From assembly GCA_951406725.2 (NCBI GenBank), contig OX597827.1, forward strand, positions 79,050,001 to 79,114,000: 64,000 bases of DNA. The letters run 5' to 3'. Both the position numbers and the translations under genes were made by a program. Below are positions 36,935 to 50,859 of the stretch, one piece after another. This DNA comes from Octopus vulgaris (taxonomy: Eukaryota). Below the pieces are notes generated by a model. That model was not told the origin of the DNA. It saw only the letters and a program-made list of their open reading frames with translations, and did not search any database. The first letter of the stretch is position 1. Each line of letters begins with the position of its first letter.

Positions 36935-38566
36935 GGTAATAAAGTCACAGAAAAGACAGCCACAGAAAAAGAAGTCACAATTTTGGCTAGGAAAAAAAGT
37001 CGCAGGAAAAAAGTCACAATTAATTTATGGTGGCCAGTAATAAAGTCACAGGAAAAAAGTCACAGAAAAAATTCACAATGCCATTATATTTATATATGAT
37101 GGCATTAAATGTATGTGAAAAAAAATCATGTTCATATCTTAAGTATAGTAAGATAATCAAACAGAAATATTTAATTCATTGACAATATATGACAGGTACA
37201 GATTGAAAACAGCTTACATAATATCATGGCATTACCTGTATATTCAATATTTTTAATGCTGATGATTAAGACCAATATTCCAGCCAATGCCATGAAGAAA
37301 ATCTGCCACAGTCTTGTGGTCCTCCTGTCGAGCAACACACAAGTTGCAAAAGAATTCTTGTAGCTGCACATAACGTCGACAAACTCTTCTTTGAGGGGTT
37401 TGCCAGCAGCATGTTGCTGGATAATGGTGCTTGCTGTCACTTCTTCACATTGAAACCATTCAATGGCACAATCCAGAGTGAAGGATGGTAGTAACCAATG
37501 AGGTTGAAGAATTTATTTATTCCACCCTTTGTGGATGTTGGTACAGGTGTCGTTGCTCATGGTGGCATCATGCACATTCCATAGGTGAGGGAGAAACATA
37601 GGTGGAATGTGAGCATTCTTGGAGGCACCTGACTGCCGAATCAGTCGAAAGGAACCACAAACATAAGTACAATCGAAGTGCATGAGCAAAACCTCAGCTG
37701 CAGGTGGATCTTGTGGAATGACAGTTTTGAGGAATCTCCTGTCTTCATTAACATCTTCCAGGGGCAAAAAAGCAAGAGCATCGATCATGCCAACAAAACA
37801 AACGAAACTCAGCATTGGTACCAAACTACATTTTCAAACCCAGTTTCTGGATCTTACGCCAAGTGGATTGTGCAAGATGATAGAAACAACCTTTGCCCTC
37901 TACACTGTGGCTAAACACTGCAAGAACAGCTCTCGGTACACCATCTTCAAAGTCAGTCACCACAGTCTGCACATTAATAGAATAGCTTAGGTCTGCATAC
38001 TAATCAACTATATCCTGAAAGAGTTCTTTGTGGGTGGCATGAGTCTTGTTTGGAGCGTACCCTGAAGTAACAGCTGTTTGACCGAAAGGGACATGGATGA
38101 CATAGATCTGTTTGAAAATATTTGGAGCCATAGCAAAGTTGCCATCCATATATAGAGTGTCAGCACCAGCAAAGAGTCTGAGGCCATCACTGGCACCAAA
38201 CCCTAGAATGTGATTGTTTGCATTTGGTTTGTTATCATAAAATAAAAATTCCTTGGGATTAGGGTCAACAGTCATAGTATAGTCAATAGGAAGTTCACCT
38301 TGATCTTTTAACAAACGTGGTACAGGAGGAGGTGTAAACCGTTGGTTGTGCTGAGTTTGTAACTCATTAATTTATCATCAGTTCTGCATATTCCTTTACA
38401 GAGACTGATCGACATATTAACTTTAAAAAAGTGACAATTCAACAGTTAACCTTTCTGTCAAAGAAAGACGCAAAAACAGTGCTAACATCCTGTTTCTTTT
38501 TTCCTGTTTCTTGTTTTCCAGTAGTGACTTTTTTTTGTGTGACTTTTTTTCTGTGACTTTTTTACC
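36935..38566 (-). mobile_element. MULE (Mutator-like) transposon with decayed transposase
   Basis: Inverted termini GGTAATAAAGTCACAG and CTGTGACTTTTTTACC with subterminal AAAAGTCAC repeats; minus-strand peptides LYMDGNFAMAPNIFKQIYVIH, ALAFLP and LWNVH...CTNIHKGWN; no TSD recognised. Confidence 0.88.
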
Positions 38567-39532
38567 TGTAAATTTTTTTTATCTGGATTCATTCTGTTGC
38601 GCAGAATGTCTTAAATGTTAGAGCAATCCACATTTTGAAACACATGTAATACGCATTTTATTGGAAAAATTTCGTACTTCCACCTCTTCATTCAAGATAA
38701 AAATCATGAAAAAAAATTTAGAAATTCCAATTTCTGCATGAAAGCTTTTCCAAATTTTATTCTTTAAAAATACAAATTACAAGTGTTTAAAAACGTGGAG
38801 CACTACATAACGGAAAGAAACATAAAGAAGAGAAATCATAGTGGTGACGATGGGTGGATAGACATTTGGAAAAATATGGATTAAAAAGTTTTATTTTAAA
38901 GAAACTCTGCTCATGAGTAATTTGAAACATGGGATATTCATGAAATGTGGGAAAATGCTGAAAAATTCCCAGAAATTCCGATTTATGTAAGACAGCTATT
39001 CTGGAAGTCTGACAAATATAAAATTAAATGCCTTCTTTTAAGAAAATTTGTAATGATAGAGTTTCTAAAATATGAATATGAAAAAATCGTCGAATGCACA
39101 GAAAATCAAAGAAATCGGTTTGGTAAAATGATGAGTTCCAACTGAATACTCCACAAATTCTAAAAATATATATATGAATCTATATTTATAATGACTTATT
39201 TTAACCATTGTAGGAGTCTATTGATTGACGTCTATGTTTAAAGTAAATATACAAAGAGAAATTGTAAAGTTTGTCTGATACTGAAAAGTTAGGAAATTTT
39301 CATAATTTTGATAAAATCAAACTTTACTTAGAACAAAAGTCAAAATACCGATTATGGAAAATAAGAAATAATCTCTTACCTTTACCTTAAAAAATACAAA
39401 CTCAAGACAACAATTGTTTGAAATACATCGGAATTAAAATTGTAAATAATTTGTTTAGTGAAAGTAACGAGCCCCAACTAGTCTCTCTCTCTCTTTCTCT
39501 GTGTGTGTTTCTGTGTGTATGTATATTTCAAA

Positions 39533-39735
39533 ATGTGACCTCGTGTGTACTGTTGGCGATTTTTTTCCTGTCTTCCCTTCTCTGGATCTTTCCTTCTATG
39601 TTTCCGACGAAGAGCTCCGCTCGAAACGTTCAACCCCACTTCTTTCCTTCTTTCCTGAGCATCCAATAATACTATATTTGTTCCACGTCCTTGCGTTGTT
39701 GTGTTATTTTGTGCATTCTTGTTTGGATTAACTTT
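39533..39735 (+). mobile_element. PLE-like terminal remnant family P3 with minimal hammerhead (39600-39634)
   Basis: GTTT-CCGACGA-A-GAGC-TCC-GCTC-GAAA-C-GTT-CAAC; ends in (TA)n; 3' part repeated at 40773-40862. Confidence 0.65.
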
Positions 39736-39988
39736 ATATATATATTTATATATATATATCATATCATATATATGAAAAAGAAGCACACTCCTCTAAAGAA
39801 TAGGGTGGTAACATATTTATAATGAATACAGTGACTCAACTATTTATAAATAAAAAACATATGTATGTATAGGTGCACATTCAAGTAAATGTGTCTATAT
39901 ATACATATATACATATAAATATGAATTCACGATGTATGTATGTATGTGTGTGTGCATGTATGTATGTATGTATGTATGTATGTATGTA

Positions 39989-40231
39989 TTGTCCTAACTA
40001 AGTCTGCTATCAGTATGCTAATTGAGAAGCTATGGGTTTCATGCAATAGGAGTGGAGGAGCTGTACTTTGTTGTTTACAGTTCCTAATTAAGCAAACTTA
40101 GGAACTGTAAATAACGGTGTGCAGCTCCTCCACTCCTATCACACGAAGCCCGTAGCTTCTAAATTGTTCACAAGGCCTCAGCCCTGACACACAATATGAA
40201 AATTAACATACTTATAAGAGACTTAGGATAA
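39989..40231. mobile_element. Foldback/MITE-like element with a long internal hairpin
   Basis: 63-bp inverted arms 40025-40087 and 40098-40160 with a 10-nt loop; outer imperfect inverted repeats 39989-40023 and 40201-40231. Confidence 0.75.
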
Positions 40232-40336
40232 TGAATAATGTATCCCTCCTTTGCAAACCCAATGAAACAAGGAACTTCATGCACTGCGCATATATATGTA
40301 TATATTTATATATGAAGGCACATATGTGTGTGTTTT

Positions 40337-40715
40337 ATCATCATCATCATCATCATCATCGTTTAGCATCCGTTTTCCATGCTGGCATGGGTTGGACGGT
40401 TCTACTGGGGTCTGTGAAGCCAGAATGCTTCATCAGGCCCAGTCAAATCCGGCAGTGTTTCTACGGCTGGATGCCCTTCCTAACGCCAACCACTCCGTGA
40501 GTGTAGTGGGTGCTTTTTACGTGCCACCCACACAGGTGCCAGACAGAGCTGGCAAACGGCCACGAACGGATGGTGCTTTTTATGTGCCACCTGGCACGAG
40601 GGCCAGGCAAGGCTGGCAACGGACACGAAACGGGGCGGTGCTGGCAACGGTCACGAAACGGAAGGTTCTCTTACATGCCACCGGCACTGGTAACACATCC
40701 GCAATTTCCATTGAT
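40337..40715 (-). mobile_element. RTE 3' end / S3 with 2-3 internal ~60-bp modules
   Basis: (CAT)n tail, S3 block, repeated GGTGCTTTTTA.GTGCCACC. Confidence 0.85.
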
Positions 40716-40861
40716 CGATTTCGTTTATGTATGTATATATATATATATATATATACACATATATATATATATCTTCTTTCCTGAGCGTCCAATAACACTA
40801 TACTTGTTCCATGTCCTCGCATTGTTGTGTTTTCTCTTTGTGTTTTCATGTTTGGATTAAC

Positions 40862-40897
<36 letters not shown>

Positions 40898-40926
40898 AAG
40901 ATGCATATATTCATATATACATTATA

Positions 40927-41794
40927 CAGGGTGTGATGGGTAAATTGTTGCCATTCTATATTTTTAATTTCACACATGAGCATTGTTTGTTTTTGATTTT
41001 GTTGACTACAGAGTATAGTAGGGTCAGTTGGGCACCATCTGTGAGAGCAACAACACCATGACACAATTCATTCTGCCAGAAATTTGGAAAGGACATGCTG
41101 TACTGCTTGGCATTTGCATTGGAAGCTCCAACACGAACATTTCAGAGTGTTTGGGTGTCAATCAGAGGACATGTACTGAGAGTGATAAAAATCAAACATC
41201 CAGTCACCATCATGGGGTTTCGATTGATCAATGGTTATGATGATGTTATGCCTCCCTTCATCTCCCCACATGGCCTCAGACTCAACATGGAGGCCTACAT
41301 CAAGTGCCTGGAGGAGTAGTGCTGCTCTGGGTGAAAAGGGTGGCTGCTGGAAGACCCTGTCTGGTAACAAGACTCTGTACCATGCCACACAAGCAGGAGT
41401 ATCCAGTCATGGCTGTCAGACAATCTCTGCGACCACATCACCCCTAACATTTGGCCACCTAACTCCCCGGACTGCAACCATTTTAATTATTATGTATGGG
41501 GTACAGCTGAGCAAGAAACCAACAAAACTCTTTATGACACCAAAGATAAACTGAAGGCAAGGATTATAGCAGCATTCACCAACTTAAACATGGAGACTGT
41601 CCAGAAGAGTTTCAGGAGATTCCAAAGTCGTCTTGAGGCCATGGCTGAAGCCAATGGCGATTTTATTGAATAAACTTACTCTTTAGTATTTCAAGATATT
41701 TTATGTAATTTTGGTAAATATATCTGTTAAAATGAGATGTCAGTGTTATTTTCATTTTTGTGTAACTTAGACGACAGTTCATTCACCACACCCT
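40927..41794 (+). mobile_element. Internally deleted maT-like Tc1/mariner element
   Basis: TA then CAGGGTGTGATGGGTAAATTG on the left, CAGTTCATTCACCACACCCT on the right; peptides DVMPPFISPHGLRLNMEAYIKCLEE and WPPNSPDCNHFNYYVWG. Confidence 0.85.
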
Positions 41795-42614
41795 CATCAT
41801 CATCATCATCATCATCATCATTGTTTAACATCCGCTTTCTAAGCTAGCAAGGGTTGGACGATTTGACGGAGGTCTGGTGAACCAGATGGCTGCACCCTAT
41901 ATATATATATACAAGTGTTCATATATATATATGCATGTATGTATACATATGTGTGTGTGTGTATACACATGTATATATATACAAGCACACTTTTGTACAT
42001 ACATACACACATATTTGGCATTGGTATCAAACATTTCCTGTAGTAGGCATAGGAGATCTCTGGGGAATATTGCTAACGATATGTCTGGTACGACATTGAA
42101 ACAAAAAGAAACACATCCTTAGCACACGCAAAGGGATTTATGTACGTGAATTCTCTCGGGAATTTTATGGTTAATTTTTTTGTAAACTTTTTGGGTTTTT
42201 TTTCTTTATTTTTGTGCTTGTTTTGAGAAGAAAACCAACTTCCAAACAACTTTGTACAGATGATGTTTTAAGCACTATTTTCTAAACATGACAAAAGTAT
42301 GTGGGTGGGTATTGCCAACAAGCACTCCCTTTGACTACCCCATAATCACCCCATTTTTCTTCAAGGCCCCATCCAGCTTTTCCCAGTGGTGGTGGTAATA
42401 CTGCCCACTCTGGGAACCATTGATCTAGAACAGTGGTTTTTATCCGAGGTCTATATGGTCCCCATGGGTCCATATAAAATTTTGGTGGGGTCCACACAAC
42501 AAAATATAAATTACAGATCGACAGTAGTTTTTTAAGGGCCCCTGAAAAGAAATTTTGCTTTAGATGTATGCATTGGTATGTATTGCAAAAAACAGTCAGG
42601 TTTCTTTCTCTAAC

Positions 42615-42771
42615 AGGCAGAGGAGTGGCTGTGGGGTAAGAAGCTTGCTTCCTAATCACATGGTTCCTGGTTCAGTCCTGCTGCATGGCCCCTTGGGCAA
42701 GTGTCTCCTACTATAGCCACGGGCTGACCAAATGAGTGGATTTGGTAGAAGCCCATTGTATATATATATGC

Positions 42772-42828
<57 letters not shown>

Positions 42829-42846
42829 GAGAGAGAGGTGTGTATA

Positions 42847-42914
<68 letters not shown>

Positions 42915-43112
42915 TCCTCATCATCACAACTTGACAACTGGTGTTGGTGTGTTTACATCCCTGTAACTTTGCAGTTTGGCAAAAGAGACCAATAGAATAA
43001 GTACCAGGCTTAAAAAATAAGTACTGGGGTCGATTCATTCGACTAAAAATTCAAGGCAGTGCTCCAGCATGACCGCACTCTAATGACTAAAACAGGTAAA
43101 AGATAAAAGATG
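42615..43112 (+). mobile_element. SINE family S1, full length
   Basis: Head, internal (TG)n and tail all present. Confidence 0.9.
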
Positions 43113-43242
43113 ATACTTTACTTAATTCCACCTACACAGGTGAGCGTGTGAAAAACAAAATAGGAATTTTGAAAGAAATATCTATGTTTGAACATCGAAT
43201 GGTTGTGGGAGTCCACCAGAATAAAATAGTAACCAAAGGGGT

Positions 43243-43820
43243 CATCATCATCATCATTATCATCATTTAATGTCCATTATCCATGCTGGCTTGGGTTGGA
43301 TGGTTTGACCAGGGCTGGTAAGCTGGAATGCTGTACCAGACTCCAGTCTGATTTGGCATGGTTTTCCACAGCTGGATGCCCTTCCTAATGCCAACCACTC
43401 TGAGAGTGTAGTGGGTACTTTTATGTGCCTCTGGCATGGGTGCCATTTGCGTGACACCAGTATTTGCCATGACTGTAATTTCACTTGGCTAGATGGGTCG
43501 TCTTCGCAAGCATGACATAATGCCAAAGGTCTCGGTCATTTGTCATTGCCTCCGTGAGGCCCAACACTCAAAAGGTGCTTTCCACATGCTACTGGCATCG
43601 GCCACCTTGCCTCCATGAGGCCCAATGCTCAAAAGGTGCTTTTTACATGCCACCAGCATGGGTGCCAGTTACGTGATACCAGCATCAGCCACTAGTCATT
43701 GCCTCCATGAGGCTCAAAGTTCAAAGATCATGCTTCACCACCTCATCCCATGTCTTTCTGGGTCTACCTCTCCCACAGGTTCCCTCCCCAGTTAGAGATT
43801 GGCACTTCTTTACACAACTA
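43243..43820 (-). mobile_element. 5'-truncated RTE-type LINE (ORF end plus S3 3' UTR with internal repeats)
   Basis: CVKKCQSLTGEGTCGRGRPRKTWDEVVKHDL contiguous with the S3 block and tail. Confidence 0.85.
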
Positions 43821-43823
43821 GAG

Positions 43824-43865
<42 letters not shown>

Positions 43866-45982
43866 GGAATCTTCCACAGAAAAGGGCAAGTTGGTCCTTT
43901 ATTTGTTGACCATAAAAGACAAAGGCAAAGTCGACCATGATGATATTTGAATGCTGTAACAAATCCTGCAAACCATTCTCTTGATACTCTCCACTCAACT
44001 AACTCAACACTTCTATTTTGGTAGCAGGAAAAGAACATTTGTCTGGAGTTGATGAACATAAAGTGAATATTCATTACATTTATTAACTACAGGCAGAGTA
44101 TCATAAGACTTATAGCTTCATTGTATTGAACCTCATCAGGAAACAAGTCACAGAGACAGACCGTGAGATACAAAAATGTTTCAATTTGCAGCTAAGGCAT
44201 TGGTCAGTGGTGGTTGAACTATTATGGTTTGTCATGGAAATGTCTAAAACGAATGAATTAATCCTCTCTTTGTGTAAATCTAAATGTAAAAAGAAATCAC
44301 ATACCTTTGTCAACAATTAATCTTTACTCATGATTGTGATTAATTCAACTTTAATGTAAATACAGTTTTATAATTGAACTGAAAAAATATTATCCAGCAA
44401 AAGTTAAAAATAAATCTCAGAAAATGACTGTCCCCTTCTTTGGCCAACAATAACCCTTTGGGTGTTACTGAATGATGTCTCTATAAATAGAAATAATCCT
44501 TTATTTCTCTCTCCTTCAGTCTTTGAAACTTGACAACGCAAGTAACAGGCAGAGTTGGTGCCCCACACGCTTCCCTTCAAACTTGTGTCACTAGATATGG
44601 GCTGGAAGAATACAAGAGTCATATTTCCGGGCATTGGTAGCATTGGTGATTTTTGACTCGGCACCACCCTTGTGTGGGCTGGTTGTGAGTACCAAGAGGA
44701 CTGAAAATATGTGGACAGGACAAGACTGTATGGACATAAAATTCATAATAATGCCCATCCCCCAAAGACCACATTGCTATTCTGGAGCTGCGAAAGCCAG
44801 GAGAGAGGGAGAAAAGAGTAGACAGCCATAGAACCAACACAGATAACAAAAAAATAGTTGAGAACCCCTGACGTAGAATAAGGTAATTTGTCAGTGACAT
44901 TGTCTATGAGTTGACAACCACCATGTGTGTGTGTATGTATGTATGTATTTTTTGTACGTGTGTATGCACATACATACATACATACATCTTGAGAAATTAG
45001 GCTTCTCAAAACCAGAAAGGAAGAAGCTTATTCGAAGACTACAGATCCAATCCATCACTGGAACTGTAAAAATCTGTAAAACTTTCCAGAAGTTTATCAT
45101 TTAAATATATATGAACATGTCTAGATATGCAACTATATGCATGAGGAGACATACATAAAACAAAACATACAAATCTGCACACACACATACATACATACAT
45201 ACATACATACATACATACATACATACATACATACATACAAACATGTGTGCATACATTCATGCATACATTGCTTTATCTTCACAGATGATTACCATCTTCT
45301 TGTGCTTCCTTGGTGTCAATGCCATTTCTGGCTTTCCGTCCATGACCTCTCAGATGACTATTCCATCGCATGGCATATATGCGTCGTTTGGAGGATAGGT
45401 GACAGATGAAAGTTGTAACTTACTGTGCACCTTCAACTGGTAAGGTCCACACACATTGGCCCTCTGCCATCACCTTAAGGTTTTCGGTAGAGACATAAAG
45501 AGACATCTGTACAGCAATGGATTATCGTGATAAATGCTTGTATAGCATGAATATCATTATCTGAGTCTCTGAGATTAGTACTTAATGACAGGCTGAAGTG
45601 AGATGACCATTAATCCCATAAAACTGCAGGTTTTATATCAGAGAGTCTTTCTCCTAAAAGCTAGGGGTCCATCACTTCCAGTCATTTAAACTGCACACCC
45701 TGACACCAACCAAGTATATTTTTGGGTCCCTCTGCTCTGACGGGTTGTCATCACATTTGTTAGTTGACCCATGGCTGGGAACCAAACACATGCTAGTATT
45801 CTGGGTCAGAATAGATCTGGGAACAATGGTAGCTACGAGGTGGTTCTACACTCCTTAAAAACCTTGGAACTCCCATATCAGGGCCCCACTATCAGATGCA
45901 GTTTTAAGTTATACATACATGAATACATACTTACAAACATGCATATGTACATATATATATGTATGTATGTGTACATGTCACT

Positions 45983-46010
45983 ATACATACATACATACAT
46001 ACATACATAC

Positions 46011-46041
<31 letters not shown>

Positions 46042-46054
46042 CATACATACATAC

Positions 46055-46107
<53 letters not shown>

Positions 46108-46156
46108 CATACATACATACATACATACATACATACTTACATACATACATACATAC

Positions 46157-46187
<31 letters not shown>

Positions 46188-46296
46188 CATACATACATAC
46201 ATACATACATACATACATACATACATACATACATACATACTTACATACATACATACATACATACTTACATACATACATACATACTTACATACATAC

Positions 46297-46327
<31 letters not shown>

Positions 46328-46332
46328 CATAC

Positions 46333-46367
<35 letters not shown>

Positions 46368-46380
46368 CATACATACATAC

Positions 46381-46427
<47 letters not shown>

Positions 46428-46444
46428 CATACATACATACATAC

Positions 46445-46475
<31 letters not shown>

Positions 46476-46504
46476 CATACATACTTACATACATACATAC
46501 ATAC

Positions 46505-46535
<31 letters not shown>

Positions 46536-46592
46536 CATACATACATACATACATACATACTTACATACATACATACATACTTACATACATAC

Positions 46593-46623
<31 letters not shown>

Positions 46624-46652
46624 GTTACATACATACATACATACATACATAC

Positions 46653-46691
<39 letters not shown>

Positions 46692-46700
46692 CATACATAC

Positions 46701-46731
<31 letters not shown>

Positions 46732-46737
46732 CATACA

Positions 46738-46771
<34 letters not shown>

Positions 46772-46800
46772 CATACATACTTACATACATACATACATAC

Positions 46801-46831
<31 letters not shown>

Positions 46832-46856
46832 CTTACATACATACATACATACATAC

Positions 46857-46887
<31 letters not shown>

Positions 46888-46890
46888 CAT

Positions 46891-46923
<33 letters not shown>

Positions 46924-46954
46924 TACTTACATACATACATACATACATACATAC

Positions 46955-46985
<31 letters not shown>

Positions 46986-46994
46986 CATACATAC

Positions 46995-47025
<31 letters not shown>

Positions 47026-47062
47026 CATACTTACATACATACTTACATACATACATACATAC

Positions 47063-47093
<31 letters not shown>

Positions 47094-47182
47094 CATACAT
47101 ACATACATACATACTTACATACATACATACATACTTACATACATACATACATACATACATACTTACATACATACATACATAC

Positions 47183-47247
<65 letters not shown>

Positions 47248-47346
47248 TACATACATACATACATACATACATACATACATACATACATACATACATACAT
47301 ACATACATACATACATACATACATACTTACATACATACATACATAC

Positions 47347-47405
<59 letters not shown>

Positions 47406-47411
47406 CATACA
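45983..47411. repeat. About 1.4-kb (CATA)n microsatellite with interspersed CTTA variants
   Basis: Directly visible. Confidence 0.98.
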
Positions 47412-47652
47412 TATCGGGACCAACTTTTATGTAAATGAGTAAATGACCCTTCGTGAAGAGGAGATGCAGCAGTATTGAACATGGGACAAAGTGATTGAGA
47501 AGTGAACTGCTATAACCACCAGGCCACTTGCGCATGCGCGCACACACACACGCCTACATTAATCATCATCATCATCATCGTTTAACGTCTGCTTTCCAAT
47601 ATATATAAATGCAGATGAGTAAAGCTTAGCTTTTTATGTATGTGTGTGTGTG

Positions 47653-47705
<53 letters not shown>

Positions 47706-47707
<2 letters not shown>

Positions 47708-48016
47708 TTTATTTAAAGCAGCAGAAAATTCAACAAAACCTGTTACTCTGAGTTTCCCGTTGCCGTTCATCGGACAGTTTTTGCTAGAATGGAACCGATA
47801 TGTTGACAAAGGTATGTGATTTCTTTTTACATTTAGATTTACACAAAGGGAGGATTAATTCATTCGTTTTAGACATTTCCATGAACGGCAATGTGAAACT
47901 CAGAGTAATAGGTTTTGTTGAATTTTCTGCTGCTTTAAATAAAGCATATTACTCTACCACTGGTATTTGAGTACTCTTTTTTCCACCTTGTTTCACATTT
48001 ATGTGTTTACTCCGGT
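47706..48016. mobile_element. Inverted pair of PLE-like family P4 (minus copy 47706-47883 with hammerhead 47740-47777; truncated plus copy 47881-48016)
   Basis: Reverse-complement arms; the plus copy carries an extra ~70-nt 3' extension; (TA)n on both flanks. Confidence 0.72.
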
Positions 48017-48034
48017 ATATATATATATAAATAT

Positions 48035-48560
48035 AGGTGCAGGCATGGCTGTGTGGTAAGAAGTTTGTTTTCCAGCTACAGAGTTCCTGGTTCAGTCCCA
48101 TTGCATGACACCTTGGGCAAGTGCCTTCTGCTATAGCTTCAGGCAGACCAAATCCCTGTGAGGATTTTGTAAACAGAAACTGAAAGTGTATTGTAAGCAC
48201 ACACACACACGTATACACACACACACACACGTACACACACACACACACACACATGTACACACACACATATATACGTGTGTGTATGTTTATGTGCAAATGT
48301 ATATATATATATAATATATGTGTGTGTATGTATGTTTGTGTCTGTGTTTGTCCCCCCCACCACTGCTTGACTACCAGTGTTGGTGTGTTTACGTCCCTGT
48401 AACATAGTGGTTCGACAAAAGAGACTGATAAAACAAGAACTAAGCTGAAAAAAAAATATGTCCTAGGGTAAATTCACGCAGCAAAAATTCTTCAAGGCAG
48501 TGCCCCAGCATGGCCACAGTCCAATGACTGAAACTAGTTAAAGATCAAAGATAAAAGATA
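48035..48560 (+). mobile_element. SINE family S1, full length
   Basis: Head, microsatellite and tail present. Confidence 0.88.
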
Positions 48561-48966
48561 TTAATGTGTAGAAGCTTGTACCATTTGTTAATTGTTAATT
48601 TGTTAATTTGTTAATTTTTTAAAGTGTTTATGGGGTCACGAGGACATATAGACATCCTCTCAACCATCACACATTTGACCCTGAGAGAATGTGATCAATG
48701 GAGGGAGAGAGAGAGCTACACAGCTACTCAGCTGGTAAGACTGGAGTAACGTGAATGAAGAGTCTTGCTCAAGGATAGTAAACCCTGCAAGGTTTTTTTG
48801 GGAATTGAACCCTCACCTCTATGATCATGAACCCAGCATGTTAACCATTTGGTCACAAACCTCAAACATTCATATACACTTGTAAATATTTGTGTGTTTA
48901 TGAACATTTGAGTGTTTGAAGTAGTGACCATGTGTGTGTGTGTGTGTGGTGTTTAAGGCAGTGAGC

Positions 48967-49430
48967 ATCATCATCATCCTCATCATCCTCATCATCCTCA
49001 TCATCATCATCATCATCATCATCGTTTAACGTCCACTTTCTATGCTTGCATGGGTTGGACGATTTGACTGAGGGCTGGTGAACCAGATGGCTGCACCAGG
49101 CTCCAATCTTGATCTAGCAAAGTTTCTACAGCTTGATGCCCTTCCTAACGCCAACCACTCCGTGATTGTAGTGGGTGCTTTTACCTGCTACCGGCACGGG
49201 GGCCAGTCAGGTGGTACTGGCAATGACCTCACTCAAATGCTTTTACACGTGCCACCAGCACAAGTGCCAGTAAGGCGACACTGGTAATGATCACACTCGA
49301 ACGGTGCCCTTTTACGTGCCATGGGTATGGAAGTCAGTTAGCCGCTACGGCAACGATAAGACTCGGATGGTGCCTTTAGCACCAACTAGCATGGGGCACA
49401 AGTGCCAGTAAGGCGATGCTGGTAATGATC
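48967..49430 (-). mobile_element. RTE 3' end / S3 with internal modules
   Basis: (CAT)n tail, S3 block, repeated CACAAGTGCCAGTAAGGCGA. Confidence 0.85.
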
Positions 49431-50139
49431 ACAGTATGAACAAATGTATATGTTTGGTGTAGTGAACATGTGAGCATCTGAACATAGGTGTGTATGTGCA
49501 GGGCAATGAACATGTGTGTATATAAGTTTATATGTATGTATTTGAGAAAGTGAACATTTATGTATGTAAACATATATGTGTGTGTGTGCATGTGTATTGA
49601 AGCTGTGAGTGTGTGTATACACATCTGTGTGTATGTGTTGTGGGTATTACATTGGCAGATTCATTAAAATGTTGGGCCAGATACCTCGTAGTATTCATCC
49701 TGACTCTTTGCATTCTGAGTTCAAACCCTACCAAGGCCAGATTTCTCTTTTATCTTCTCAAGGGGCTTATAAATAAAGTACCAGTGCAATATTGGGGTCG
49801 ATTCTTACTTTCCTCTCTCCCTCTCTCTCTGTGTCTTTCTCTCTACCTTTCCAACATTGTGTCAAGCTACTAATACAGTGTGAGAATTACACTAAAGGTG
49901 CTCATGTCTGAGGAATACTCATCCACTTGTCCATGGGTGGTTCCAACTGGATCTCATCAAGGAGGAATGGAAGTGTCTCTCAAAAGGTGTCATTTACCAA
50001 ACAATCAACTGGTGTCTCAGGCTGAAATGGCCACAGCATCCAAGATACCTTGGCTCTGGGGCACTTTAACCACCCAAGAGTGTTGCTGTTCAGACAGAAG
50101 CACAGAATATGGCAGCAAATATGCATGAATGTATGCACA

Positions 50140-50635
50140 CATATATGTATGTATGCATGTATGTATGCATGTATGTATGTATGTATGTATGTATGTATGC
50201 ACGTATGTATGTATGTATGTATGTATGTATGTATGTATGCATGTATTTATGTATGTATGCATGCATGTATGTATGTATGTATGTATGTATGTATGTATGT
50301 ATGTATGTATGTATGTATTTATGTATGTATGTATGTATGTATGTATGTATGTATGTATGTATGTATGTATGTATGTATTTATGTATGTATGTATGTATGT
50401 ATGTATGTATGTATGTATGCACGTATGTATGTATGTATGTATGCATGTATTTATGTATGTATGTATGTATGTGTGTATGTATGTATGTATGTGTGTGTGT
50501 GTATGTATGTATGTATGTATGTATGTATGTATGTATTTATGCATGTATGTATGTATGCACATATGTATGCATGTATGTATGTATGTATGTATGTATGTAT
50601 GTATGTATGTATGTGTGTATGTATGTAAGTATGTG
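50140..50635. repeat. (TATG)n microsatellite
   Basis: Directly visible. Confidence 0.97.
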
Positions 50636-50859
50636 TGCGTGCAGATTTGTATGTTTTGCTTTATTTATGTCTCCTCATGCATATATACTTGCATATATAG
50701 ACATCCAGGTGTCATGATCTGGGAATAGTTCTGGCTCTGATTGAGTGCAAGGAGTTAAGGGCTGAAATACTTGCATGAAGGGTGCATTTTTTCTGAAGAC
50801 CTTTTGCTGTTCAGCTCTTCTGAGATTTTCCTTCTACCTAATAGTCGGAGTAAAATGTG

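Noticed and set aside
43140-43240. Short exon-like frame ILKEISMFEHRMVVGVHQ
   Set aside because: More like a decayed Tc1 transposase N-terminus, and too short to call either way.
44095-44145. Minus-strand CTGATGA as a hammerhead core
   Set aside because: No downstream GAAA and no stem I complement; other isolated CTGANGA hits were rejected for the same reason.
45771-47442. 555-aa and 507-aa ORFs
   Set aside because: Translations of (CATA)n, which lacks stop codons.
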